64,000 nucleotides of DNA. Origin: Patescibacteria group bacterium. Lineage in GTDB: Bacteria > Patescibacteriota > Patescibacteriia > Patescibacteriales > UBA12465. Of the stretch, positions 48,472 through 56,852 are shown piece by piece (positions within the stretch are counted from its first letter, which is position 1; each line of letters opens with the position of its first letter). Made by a program: the position numbers and the translations under genes. The notes beneath the pieces were generated by a model that was not told where the DNA came from, searched no databases, and saw only the letters and a program-made list of their open reading frames with translations. The DNA lies in contig JBMNFW010000001.1 in NCBI GenBank assembly GCA_050949525.1, positions 463,890-527,889 on the forward strand. The letters are read 5' to 3'.

Positions 48472-49304
48472 ATCTGAGCTTTAATCAAATCAAGAGAATT
48501 TTTAAAATTATTAATATTATTCATTAATTCTTGGTATTTTCTTTCATCACTCATCTGGCTCAAAAGAGCTTGAGCTTTTTCTTTTTGTTCTTCTAAAGAT
48601 TGAACCATCTTTCGAAGTAAATCGGAGGCTAGATTATTTTCTGTTCCAGAACTTAAATCAGACAAAGCTTGATCTAAATCTTTTTTAGAGATACCTAAGA
48701 AAAAGGCAGGAACATTTCTTAATTTTTTCAAAACCACTTTTTTATCATCATCCAAAGCTAAACCATACTCCAAACGAGCTCCTCCACGACGCAAAACTCT
48801 TTCCATTTTAGCTTTTTTCTTATCCGAACCATCATCAGCTCCCATACCTAAAACCTGATCAAAACCACAAACAACAGCTCCACTTTTTTTATCCATCAAG
48901 ACATAATCAACGCCATTCTCATAATCATCATAAACTGAAGATCGAGCTACCACAAAACTATCCTTTAATTTATCCTGTAAAAGACAGGTAACTAATTTTT
49001 CGGCCATCGTAGCTGGATTAAATTCACGTTTCTTTTTCCAATCCTCAACTGACATGCGACTATCTTTAGCCCAAATCTCCTCTTTTTGCGACACAATATC
49101 TTGGTGCCAAGAAGCATCCTTACCCCTCATTTTAATACTAGCATCAGAATTAAAAATAGGGCCAAAAGAATCATTTAATTCTTGGCTCATAGCCTCAATT
49201 TTATCATTTAAAATTAAAGATACTTTTTCCAGATTAACTCGAGGCTTTCTTTCGATTTTTGATAAATCAATTTTACCTAAAATATTTGGTCCTTTTAAAT
49301 TCAT
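48468..49304 (-). CDS. Hypothetical protein
   Basis: 278-aa ORF with a 4-nt overlap with cca; no recognised family. Confidence 0.5.
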   Translation of the reverse strand: MNLKGPNILGKIDLSKIERKPRVNLEKVSLILNDKIEAMSQELNDSFGPIFNSDASIKMRGKDASWHQDIVSQKEEIWAKDSRMSVEDWKKKREFNPATMAEKLVTCLLQDKLKDSFVVARSSVYDDYENGVDYVLMDKKSGAVVCGFDQVLGMGADDGSDKKKAKMERVLRRGGARLEYGLALDDDKKVVLKKLRNVPAFFLGISKKDLDQALSDLSSGTENNLASDLLRKMVQSLEEQKEKAQALLSQMSDERKYQELMNNINNFKNSLDLIKAQI

Positions 49305-49311
49305 ATAATTA

Positions 49312-50928
49312 TTATTTAATTTTATTATTTAAAAATTTAGGATCAATCTTTTTTAAAACTTTCTGAACAGCTAAATTATCACTAGCAACTCGGAGTGAAT
49401 TATTCTGATCCTCTTGCCATAATCCGGCTTGACGAAGCTCAATAATATTACTCAAATGAGATAAAGGTTGTCCACCTCCCCCTAAGCACCCCCCCGGACA
49501 AGCCATCACTTCTATATAATCATAATCAGATAGCTTTGTCAAAAGAGGTTTAAAGTTTTTAATACCATTAACTACAGCGATTCTCAACTTTTTATCATCA
49601 TATTGAACTTCTCCTTCCTTAATACCATCATTACCAAATAAATTAAGTGATAAACCTAAAAGACGTAAAATAGATTGACTTAAACCCCCGCTAGACCCAT
49701 AAATCAAACCAGCTCCGTCCTTAGAACCAAAAAGATCATCAAAATCACTTCCAGCTATATCTTTTAAATCTAATTGAGCTCGTTTTAAAAGATAAGCTAT
49801 CTCTCTAACTGTTAAAACATAATCAACAACCTGAAACTCATCACGACTAATTTCAAATTTTTTAGCAGTACAAGGCATTATGGAAACTACTATCACCTCC
49901 TTATCCTTAAACCCCAATTCTTTAACTGCTGCCCCTAAATGAAGATGAGGTGAACGAGCTAAACTTAAATGGGAAACTAATTCAGGATGATAAAATTCTA
50001 AATACTTAACCCAAGCTGGACAACAAGAACTAAAAAGAGGTAAAGAACTGGGATTATTAATTAATTTATCCTTAAACTCTTCTGCTTCTACTATAGTAGT
50101 CATATCAGCGCCAAAATTAACATCTAAAACATAATCAAAACCTAATATCTTTAACGCTTCTACTAATTGTGCCCCATAATTTCCCCCTAATTTTAAACCA
50201 AACTCCTCTCCAATACTAAAACGACTAGCGGGAGCAATTTGAGCCACCAAAATCTTATTCTGCTTATCCTTTAAGAGAGCCTCCACTTCGGGCCATTGAG
50301 CTTGTTCCTGAACTGAAGCTGAAGGACAATAGAGAGTACATTGACCACAATAAATACAATCTTTAGCTGGATCAGAACTTGGAACAATTTCTTGTTCAAC
50401 TCCACTACCTTTTAATTCTAAAAAATCTATACCCTGAATCTCAGAACAAGCTTCTAAACAATTTTGACAATCAATGCACTGAGCTCCATCAATTTCTAAA
50501 GCTGAAGACATTAAATGAGTAATTCGATCAATTTTTCTATCATTAAAAGTAGTAATCTTGATTTGATACCTTCTAGCTAGATCTAATAAATCACAATTAA
50601 AATTAAGAATACAATTACCGCACTTCTCTAAATGTTCGGAGAAAATTAACTTTAAATTAGTATCTCTAACTCTTTTTACTAAAGGAGAATTAGTTAAAAT
50701 CTCCATTCCCTCTTCTACTAAAGTTGAACAAGCGGTATATAAATCTGAACGCCCCTTAATTTCCACTACACAAACTCGACAATTAGCTTTAGTTGTTAAA
50801 TTAGGATGATGACAAAGATTAGGAATAAAAATATTATTCTGATTAGCTAATTCTAGAATACTCTGACCTTCCATAGCCAAAAACTCTTGTCCATCAATTT
50901 TTACCCGTAATATTTTTTTCATAAACAT
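49312..50928 (-). CDS. hydA: [FeFe] hydrogenase catalytic subunit (M3-type: 2Fe-2S + His-ligated 4Fe-4S + 2x4Fe-4S + H-cluster domain)
   Basis: H-cluster motifs FSSCCPAWVKY (L1), MPCTAKKFE (L2), VMACPGGCLGGGGQP (L3). Ferredoxin motifs CIDCQNCLEACS and CIYCGQCTLYCP. HLEKCGNCILNFNC. N-terminal 2Fe-2S-like CHHPNL..CRVCVVE. Confidence 0.85.
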   Translation of the reverse strand: MFMKKILRVKIDGQEFLAMEGQSILELANQNNIFIPNLCHHPNLTTKANCRVCVVEIKGRSDLYTACSTLVEEGMEILTNSPLVKRVRDTNLKLIFSEHLEKCGNCILNFNCDLLDLARRYQIKITTFNDRKIDRITHLMSSALEIDGAQCIDCQNCLEACSEIQGIDFLELKGSGVEQEIVPSSDPAKDCIYCGQCTLYCPSASVQEQAQWPEVEALLKDKQNKILVAQIAPASRFSIGEEFGLKLGGNYGAQLVEALKILGFDYVLDVNFGADMTTIVEAEEFKDKLINNPSSLPLFSSCCPAWVKYLEFYHPELVSHLSLARSPHLHLGAAVKELGFKDKEVIVVSIMPCTAKKFEISRDEFQVVDYVLTVREIAYLLKRAQLDLKDIAGSDFDDLFGSKDGAGLIYGSSGGLSQSILRLLGLSLNLFGNDGIKEGEVQYDDKKLRIAVVNGIKNFKPLLTKLSDYDYIEVMACPGGCLGGGGQPLSHLSNIIELRQAGLWQEDQNNSLRVASDNLAVQKVLKKIDPKFLNNKIK

Positions 50929-51862
50929 TCTTTAAATAACTTAAAATAGTAATACTAAGCGAAGAAGCTAAAGTACATCGAGAAGATTTTTGAAGAGTTT
51001 CTAAAATATCAAGGAAAAAAGAGTTAGAAAAATCTGATTCTGATTGAAGAAGCTCTCTCAAACGATAAAGACCTTCTCGTCCTGGGGTACATTGACCACA
51101 AGAATTTTTAAAAACAAATTCGATCCAAGACCGCACTAAATCTAATGGGGAATGTTCTTTTAAGTTATGAATAATAATAGCGCCAGCGCCAGATACCGGA
51201 ACATCTAATTGCTTAGAATTCAATACTTCTCCACTAACTCCACCACCTGATTGAACAAAAAAAGGATACAATGGATATTGATTGCTTTTCTTCAAAATCT
51301 CTCCAATAGTTAAAGATTTATCCAGACTATATACTTGTCCATTAATAGTATAAAAACGATTACCTTGATATTTATTCTCAGATAATAAAGCGATATCATA
51401 AAGAGTTTCAACATTATGGATCAATATACCCTCTTGACTAGGAAAAGGAGGTTTAAGACGGGGTTCTAAACGGCGACCGGCTAAAAGATTTAAAATAACT
51501 GTTTCTTCACCAGCTAAATAGGGTAAGCGGTTAGGACGATAAAAGATAGAAAAAACTTGGCCAAAAGACTTAAAAGCTGTTAAAAATCGATCTTCCTGAT
51601 CCTTAAATTTTGGATTTAAATATAAAACTATGGATTTAGCGGAAATAAAGTCAGAAGCCAATTTAGCTCCTAAAACTAACTGCTCTAAATGATGCTCTAA
51701 AATATACCCATCCTTTAAAACACCAGGTTCCCCTTCCGAAGCATTAATAATGAGTTGATTATTAAAACTAGATTCAAACGATGACCATTTATCAGCTACT
51801 GAAAAAGAAGCTCCACCTCGACCCACTAAAGAAGCTTGATTAATTTTTTCCAAAATATTCAT
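50894..51862 (-). CDS. NuoF/HydB-like flavoprotein subunit, short form
   Basis: 322 aa; LVGRGGASFSVADKW, INASEGEPGVLKDG, GEETVILNLLAGRRLEPRLKPPFPSQEG, SCGQCTPGREG (third Cys of the N3-cluster motif replaced by Gly). Confidence 0.7.
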   Translation of the reverse strand: MNILEKINQASLVGRGGASFSVADKWSSFESSFNNQLIINASEGEPGVLKDGYILEHHLEQLVLGAKLASDFISAKSIVLYLNPKFKDQEDRFLTAFKSFGQVFSIFYRPNRLPYLAGEETVILNLLAGRRLEPRLKPPFPSQEGILIHNVETLYDIALLSENKYQGNRFYTINGQVYSLDKSLTIGEILKKSNQYPLYPFFVQSGGGVSGEVLNSKQLDVPVSGAGAIIIHNLKEHSPLDLVRSWIEFVFKNSCGQCTPGREGLYRLRELLQSESDFSNSFFLDILETLQKSSRCTLASSLSITILSYLKNVYEKNITGKN

Positions 51863-51915
51863 AACTTAATTATAAAAAAAAAGCGGACAATTGTCCACTC
51901 TAAAAATTTAATTAA

Positions 51916-52485
51916 TTATAACCCATATATCCTAATTCTCCCGGGAGATGTAAAAATCCCGCTGGGAGTATTAGTTATCTCTAGATAAGCTCGAAACGTT
52001 TTAGGATTTGAGACTACATAGGGATGCTTCTTCCCAATAACAGACCCAGTAAATACTGGGATCCTATCCAGAGATTCATCCAGATAGTGATTAGTCTCTA
52101 GAAACACCCGAGCATTGAGAATAAGCCCCTCCAAGAAAGTTAGAGGCTTATAATTCCTCCCTCCAGTTTTTTTATAAAAGCTTTTGGGAAAAACTATAAT
52201 ATAATTTTTCCTAGCCACCCTTTCACTTTGAAGGTCGGCTAAACTTTTATAGTTTATGTCCATATTCATTCTTTCTTGTAGAAAAAAGAACAGCAAATAT
52301 GGATCCATCCCTTTCGGGATAACAGTGATTATATAATCACTGTTTAAAAATCTACTGGAGATTTGATTAGAGACCTCATAGAGGTCATCAAAATTTAATT
52401 CTAGCCCCATCTCTCTGATGGGAAGAATATTTTTATAAAAAAAATATTCTTGCTCAAGAAATTTTTTAAACATTTCTGGTTTCAT
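51916..52485 (-). CDS. Orphan hypothetical protein adjacent to IS copy 2
   Basis: Start placed at MKPEMFKK (ATG 52485). The ORF-track extension to 52557 is hydrophobic read-through up to the IS edge. Visibly richer in G/C-containing codons than its neighbours. Confidence 0.45.
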   Translation of the reverse strand: MKPEMFKKFLEQEYFFYKNILPIREMGLELNFDDLYEVSNQISSRFLNSDYIITVIPKGMDPYLLFFFLQERMNMDINYKSLADLQSERVARKNYIIVFPKSFYKKTGGRNYKPLTFLEGLILNARVFLETNHYLDESLDRIPVFTGSVIGKKHPYVVSNPKTFRAYLEITNTPSGIFTSPGRIRIYGL

Positions 52486-52547
52486 AATAATATATAATTT
52501 TAAAGAACAATAATTAATAGTTAATATTAACAAAAAAAAGAAAAAAG

Positions 52548-53597
52548 TCAATAACATGTATTAGTCCACGTCATTTTGGAAAAAAAATTATTATTAACCA
52601 AATAATTCATCGGAGATACTAATTCAAGGCTCCAATGTGGTCTATCGGTATTATACCAAAGAAGCCAATCAATTAACAAATTATTAAAATCATCTAAATT
52701 ATCAAAGTATTTTTCACCACTCCAATCAATGAATTCTTCTTGAATAGTCCTATTAAACTTCTCAATATGACCCTGTTTGTATGGTCTACCTGGATAATTG
52801 AAATAATGCTCAATTTTTCTCTCTTCTAAGTATTTTTTAAAATAGAGATGGAATTCTAAACCATTATCAGTCTGAACAGCCTTAATATTAAAGGGCATGA
52901 CTTCTTCTAATTTTTTAAAAAAATCTTTAGCATTAGAGCTACTAATTCTGTTATAGGCATAAGCGAAAGCTGTTCGGCTAAAAGTATCAACAGCGGTAAT
53001 AATATATCTCTTTAATCCATTGTGAAATCTAACAACAGTATCTATCTCTATTAAATCCCCAGGATTATTTACTTGTAATTCCTTAGGTTTTCTTTTCTTT
53101 TTAGTTTTTTTAATTTTTTTAATCTTACCAAAATGAGATATTTTCTGTCTATGATGATATATATCTTTATCTTTAATAATTCTACCTATCTTTGATTCTG
53201 AGTATATTGGTAAATTATTAATTTCACAAAATTTATCTAAAAATTTTTTAACTTTAGTTTTACCCATATTAGGACAAATCTCTAGTCTTAAACGTCTAAT
53301 CTCTTTTAATATCAGAGGATGTATTTCTCTTTTATTCTTGTTAATCCTAGCTTGGGATTTAGGATTGAGAGCTTCTATCTTGCCACCCCCTTCTCTAAAT
53401 ATTTTTTGCCAATTGTATAGGGTAGATTTTTTAACCCCAAAGGCATCAGTAGTGGCTTGAAGGCCATATTGCTTCCAAAATTCTAATATTTTGAGTCTTT
53501 GTCTAGCTTCTTTGGTAATCATATATTTTTGCTTAATTGCATCATTATATAATGTACCAAATCCGGGACAATTATAGTACTTAAACTTTATCTGCAT
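52548..53597 (-). CDS. IS481-family DDE transposase
   Basis: 349 aa. Compared with copy 1, it differs by one residue (PNMGKT vs PNMDKT) and in the C-terminal tail encoded by flanking DNA (..TNTCY vs ..TNTISCQKNIY). Confidence 0.9.
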   Translation of the reverse strand: MQIKFKYYNCPGFGTLYNDAIKQKYMITKEARQRLKILEFWKQYGLQATTDAFGVKKSTLYNWQKIFREGGGKIEALNPKSQARINKNKREIHPLILKEIRRLRLEICPNMGKTKVKKFLDKFCEINNLPIYSESKIGRIIKDKDIYHHRQKISHFGKIKKIKKTKKKRKPKELQVNNPGDLIEIDTVVRFHNGLKRYIITAVDTFSRTAFAYAYNRISSSNAKDFFKKLEEVMPFNIKAVQTDNGLEFHLYFKKYLEERKIEHYFNYPGRPYKQGHIEKFNRTIQEEFIDWSGEKYFDNLDDFNNLLIDWLLWYNTDRPHWSLELVSPMNYLVNNNFFSKMTWTNTCY

Positions 53598-53642
53598 ACA
53601 TTTTGGGCTTTTTATTTTCCAAAATGTATCTGAACTTATTCA
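52557..53642 (-). mobile_element. IS481-family insertion sequence, copy 2 (1086 bp)
   Basis: Collinear with 15930..17015 at a constant offset of 36,627 bp. I see only two substitutions: 53263 C vs 16636 T (Gly vs Asp) and 53415 G vs 16788 A (synonymous). Confidence 0.85.
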
Positions 53643-53661
53643 TTTATGTTTTACCTAATAT

Positions 53662-53694
53662 AAAATAAAAAATAGAGCCTAAATAAGCTCTATT
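53662..53694 (-). terminator. Intrinsic terminator downstream of tRNA-Ser
   Basis: Stem AATAGAGC / GCTCTATT (53671-53678 / 53687-53694); U-rich tract on the minus strand. Confidence 0.55.
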
Positions 53695-53723
53695 TCTAAC
53701 TACCTCGTGCTAGCACGATGATG

Positions 53724-53814
53724 CGGAGAGGGGGGGATTCGAACCCCCGATACGAGTAAAAGCTCGTATAACACATTAGCAGTGTGCCGCTTTCAACCAC
53801 TCAGCCACCTCTCC
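53724..53814 (-). tRNA. tRNA-Ser (anticodon GCU), class II, no encoded CCA
   Basis: Manual fold: acceptor GGAGAGG/CCTCTCC, anticodon loop CUGCUAA, long variable arm TACGAG/CTCGTA, T-arm GGGGG-TTCGAAT-CCCCC, discriminator G. Confidence 0.9.
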
Positions 53815-53893
53815 AAAAATATGTTGTGAGAAATAAAAAAATGTGCTACAATACAGTTATCTTATAAAATATAAAAAATAATGTCAACTAAAT

Positions 53894-54388
53894 ATGGCTC
53901 AAGAAAAAAAGAGTTCCGGCCCTGAAGAAATCAGCTGGAAAATAGGTGAATATACAAAATATCCACGAGATAAAAAATGGTATATTATTGCCTCAATTAT
54001 CGCTATTGGCTTAATAATCTATGCCATTATTGATAAAAACTATTTTTTTGCTTTAATTATCATTCTTTCTTCAGGATTAATAATTTTCTTTAACAATGAA
54101 CCACCTAAAAAAATAACGGTAACTTTAAAATATGATGGAATTGAATTAGGTAGTAGATTTTATGAATTCTATTCTATACAAAACTTCTATATCATCTATC
54201 GACCTAAAGAAAATATTAGAAGATTATACTTTGAATTTAAAAGTGCAATTCGACAACGATTATCAATTGATCTAGATAAGCAAGACCCAGTTAAAGTAAG
54301 AAATTATCTCCGACAATACATCGACGAAGATTTAGATAAAGAACATGAACCATTAAGTGAGGGATTGGCTAAAATATTTCGTCTTTAG
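53894..54388 (+). CDS. Hypothetical two-TM membrane protein
   Basis: 164-aa ORF; two adjacent TM helices, then a soluble domain; no recognised family. Confidence 0.5.
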   Translation: MAQEKKSSGPEEISWKIGEYTKYPRDKKWYIIASIIAIGLIIYAIIDKNYFFALIIILSSGLIIFFNNEPPKKITVTLKYDGIELGSRFYEFYSIQNFYIIYRPKENIRRLYFEFKSAIRQRLSIDLDKQDPVKVRNYLRQYIDEDLDKEHEPLSEGLAKIFRL

Positions 54389-54398
54389 AATAATATAA

Positions 54399-54470
54399 GT
54401 CCCTGTAGTTTAATGGATAAAACGCAAGATTGCGGATCTTGTAATCTAGGTTCGATTCCTAGCAGGGACA
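54399..54470 (+). tRNA. tRNA-Arg (anticodon GCG), no encoded CCA
   Basis: Manual fold: acceptor GTCCCTG/CAGGGAC, D-arm GTTT/AAAC, anticodon stem CAAGA/TCTTG with loop TTGCGGA (GCG at 54432-54434), T-arm CTAGG-TTCGATT-CCTAG, discriminator A. Confidence 0.85.
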
Positions 54471-54477
54471 CTAGTTT

Positions 54478-56559
54478 ATGTCAACATTTTTAAGCCAATT
54501 AAATGGAGTTGGCCCCAAAACAGAAAAATTACTTAAAAAGATAGGTCTGGAAACTCTTCCCGACCTCCTTTTTTATTTCCCTAACCGTTATGAAGAGTAC
54601 CAAGAAAGTAACAATCTTAATCAATTAAAAATCGGTCAAAACATTAATCTCAAGGGAGAGATACAAATAATATCTAATCGAAGAAGCTGGAAAAGAAAAA
54701 TGAGCATAACTGAAGCTATCATCTCCACTTCTTCTGGATCAATCGGAGTAATATGGTTTAACCAACCCTTCATTACTAAAATATTAAAAGCTGGTGATCA
54801 GGTTTCCCTAGCCGGAAAAATCAATCTTAGACAAGGGCGATTAATGATGGTGGCTCCAACTTATGAAAAAATATTCTCTACTAAAGAGAATATTCATACT
54901 CAAGGATTAGTCCCGATTTATAGTCTCACCAAAGGTTTAAGTCAAAAACAATTACGACATCTAATATATCAAGCTTTAAAAAAAACTAAAAAAATACCAG
55001 ATTATTTACCCGAAATCACTCGACAAAGACAGAAACTTCTTTCACTTCACGAAACAGTAGCGGCTATACATTTTCCAGCTAATCAAAACGAATTAAAGCA
55101 AGCAATTAATCGCCTTAAGTTTTCTGAATTATTTAACTTCCAATTAAAATATTATTTTATAAAAGAAGACCTAAAGACAAAGATCGCGCCCATTATAAAT
55201 CTCAAATTAAATGATATTAAAAACTTCATCAACTCTCTTCCCTACCAATTAAGTTCAGATCAAAAAAAATGTGCTTGGGAAATATTACAGGATTTAGAAA
55301 AAGAAAAGCCGATGTCTCGAGTCCTGCAAGGAGATGTGGGAAGTGGAAAAACTATTGTCGCCCTGATTAGTATTTTAAATACTATAAAAAACAACTATCA
55401 AAGCGCTTTAATGGTCCCCAGTGAAATATTAGCTAAACAACATTATCAAAGCGCTTTAGAGCTTTTCAAGGGATTAAACTTTAAAATCGCTCTATTAAGT
55501 TCTAAAAGACAGGAAGCTAATTTTGAACTTCCAAAAACTAAAAAAAAGAAAACTGAAGAAATTAGTCAAACAGCCGATCTAATTATTGGAACTCAATCCC
55601 TAATTCAAGATGGAGTTCATTTTAAGAAATTAGCTCTAGTAGTAGTAGATGAACAACATCGCTTTGGCGTCAACCAACGACAAGAAATACTGAAAAAAAA
55701 TATTGATGATAATAAGCTTAAAACTACGCCTCATTTTTTATCCATGACCGCTACCCCTATTCCTCGAACCATGGCCTTAAAATCTTTTTCTAATCTAGAT
55801 TTTTCTATTATCAATCAAAAACCACCGGGTCGACTCCCGATCAAAACTAAAATTATTAAATCAGAATCAGAACGCCAAAAAACTTATCGCTTCATTGAAG
55901 AGGAAATAAAAAAAGGACGTCAAGCTTTCATTATCTGCCCCCTAATTGATCCTTCGGACAAATTTGGAGCTCGTTCCGTAAAAAATGAATATGAAAGATT
56001 AAAGCAAGATGAGTTTCCCCAAATTGAAATGGCTATGCTACACGCTAAACTTAAAACAGAAGATAAAGAGGAAATTATGAAAAAATTTAGCCAGAATAAA
56101 ATAAAAATTATTGTTAGCACCTCAGTTATTGAAGTAGGAATTGATATTAAATCAGCTACCATTATGTTAATTGAAGGAGCGGAACGATTTGGTCTATCTC
56201 AACTTCATCAATTTAGAGGTCGAGTAGGTCGGAGTTCTCTATCTAGCTACTGTTTTCTCAGTTTAAGCCCCGAACAAAATAATCCCAAAACTATACAACG
56301 CCTAGAAAGCCTAGAAAAATATCAGGACGGCCTAAGTATAGCTAAAGTTGATTTAGAAAATCGTGGAGCTGGAAACTTCTACGGTCTCGAACAATCAGGT
56401 GAATTTAATTTTAGATATGCTTCCTTTTTAGATCAAGATATTATTAATAAAGTTGAAAAAGAAATTAAATTATTAAGCCATAATGATCCCAAACTCAAAA
56501 AACATCCTCAACTTAGAAAAAAAGTTCAAACTAGTTTAGAGCAAAGTCATTTAGAATAA
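54478..56559 (+). CDS. recG: ATP-dependent DNA helicase RecG
   Basis: 693 aa; wedge domain; GDVGSGKT (Walker A), VDEQHRFG (DEQH), SMTATPIPRT, QLHQFRGRVGR. Confidence 0.92.
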   Translation: MSTFLSQLNGVGPKTEKLLKKIGLETLPDLLFYFPNRYEEYQESNNLNQLKIGQNINLKGEIQIISNRRSWKRKMSITEAIISTSSGSIGVIWFNQPFITKILKAGDQVSLAGKINLRQGRLMMVAPTYEKIFSTKENIHTQGLVPIYSLTKGLSQKQLRHLIYQALKKTKKIPDYLPEITRQRQKLLSLHETVAAIHFPANQNELKQAINRLKFSELFNFQLKYYFIKEDLKTKIAPIINLKLNDIKNFINSLPYQLSSDQKKCAWEILQDLEKEKPMSRVLQGDVGSGKTIVALISILNTIKNNYQSALMVPSEILAKQHYQSALELFKGLNFKIALLSSKRQEANFELPKTKKKKTEEISQTADLIIGTQSLIQDGVHFKKLALVVVDEQHRFGVNQRQEILKKNIDDNKLKTTPHFLSMTATPIPRTMALKSFSNLDFSIINQKPPGRLPIKTKIIKSESERQKTYRFIEEEIKKGRQAFIICPLIDPSDKFGARSVKNEYERLKQDEFPQIEMAMLHAKLKTEDKEEIMKKFSQNKIKIIVSTSVIEVGIDIKSATIMLIEGAERFGLSQLHQFRGRVGRSSLSSYCFLSLSPEQNNPKTIQRLESLEKYQDGLSIAKVDLENRGAGNFYGLEQSGEFNFRYASFLDQDIINKVEKEIKLLSHNDPKLKKHPQLRKKVQTSLEQSHLE

Positions 56560-56573
56560 TAAAAAAACCGTCA

Positions 56574-56756
56574 CTAGAGACGGTGTTTTAACATTACATA
56601 GATCCAACATACTAAAACTGTAACCAATAACAGTTTTAATAGGCATAAAAGTCCCCTTTTTAAGACTTTTCGTCTATGTTTTTTTATTATTATTTTTCTA
56701 TTTTTTTTATTATACTCAGGACTGCCCCGAGTATAAATTTTATTATTATTTTTCAT
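56574..56756 (-). CDS. Possible small basic membrane protein
   Basis: 60-aa ORF, K/R-rich N-terminus plus one TM; weak support, since its 3' end overlaps a hairpin after recG. Confidence 0.3.
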   Translation of the reverse strand: MKNNNKIYTRGSPEYNKKNRKIIIKKHRRKVLKRGLLCLLKLLLVTVLVCWIYVMLKHRL

Positions 56757-56852
56757 ATCTTAAAGAACTACGAGATAATAGTGTAACAAATTACTTTCAA
56801 AAAAGCAATAAATATATTATAATAATCTCATAATTCATAATTTAATATTTAT

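Noticed and set aside
52486-52557. Hydrophobic 24-aa N-terminal extension of the orphan ORF reaching the IS boundary.
   Set aside because: The extension starts exactly at the IS edge and is poly-Phe/Leu translation of an A/T-rich spacer. The internal ATG at 52485 gives a more plausible start.
15930-53642. Composite transposon bounded by the two IS copies.
   Set aside because: The 36.6-kb interior is core housekeeping (dcw genes, thrS, prfB, ribosomal proteins, Fe-S assembly). The copies are direct repeats with no shared target duplications. Independent insertions are more likely, although recombination between them remains possible.
53643-53893. Possible replication origin at the strand-switch point, where minus-strand genes lie to the left and plus-strand genes to the right.
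   Set aside because: I saw no clustered DnaA-box-like (TTATCCACA / TGTGGATAA) sequences, and no dnaA, dnaN or parAB nearby. Gene orientation flips back to minus at 61 kb. A GC-skew computation would be needed to revisit this.
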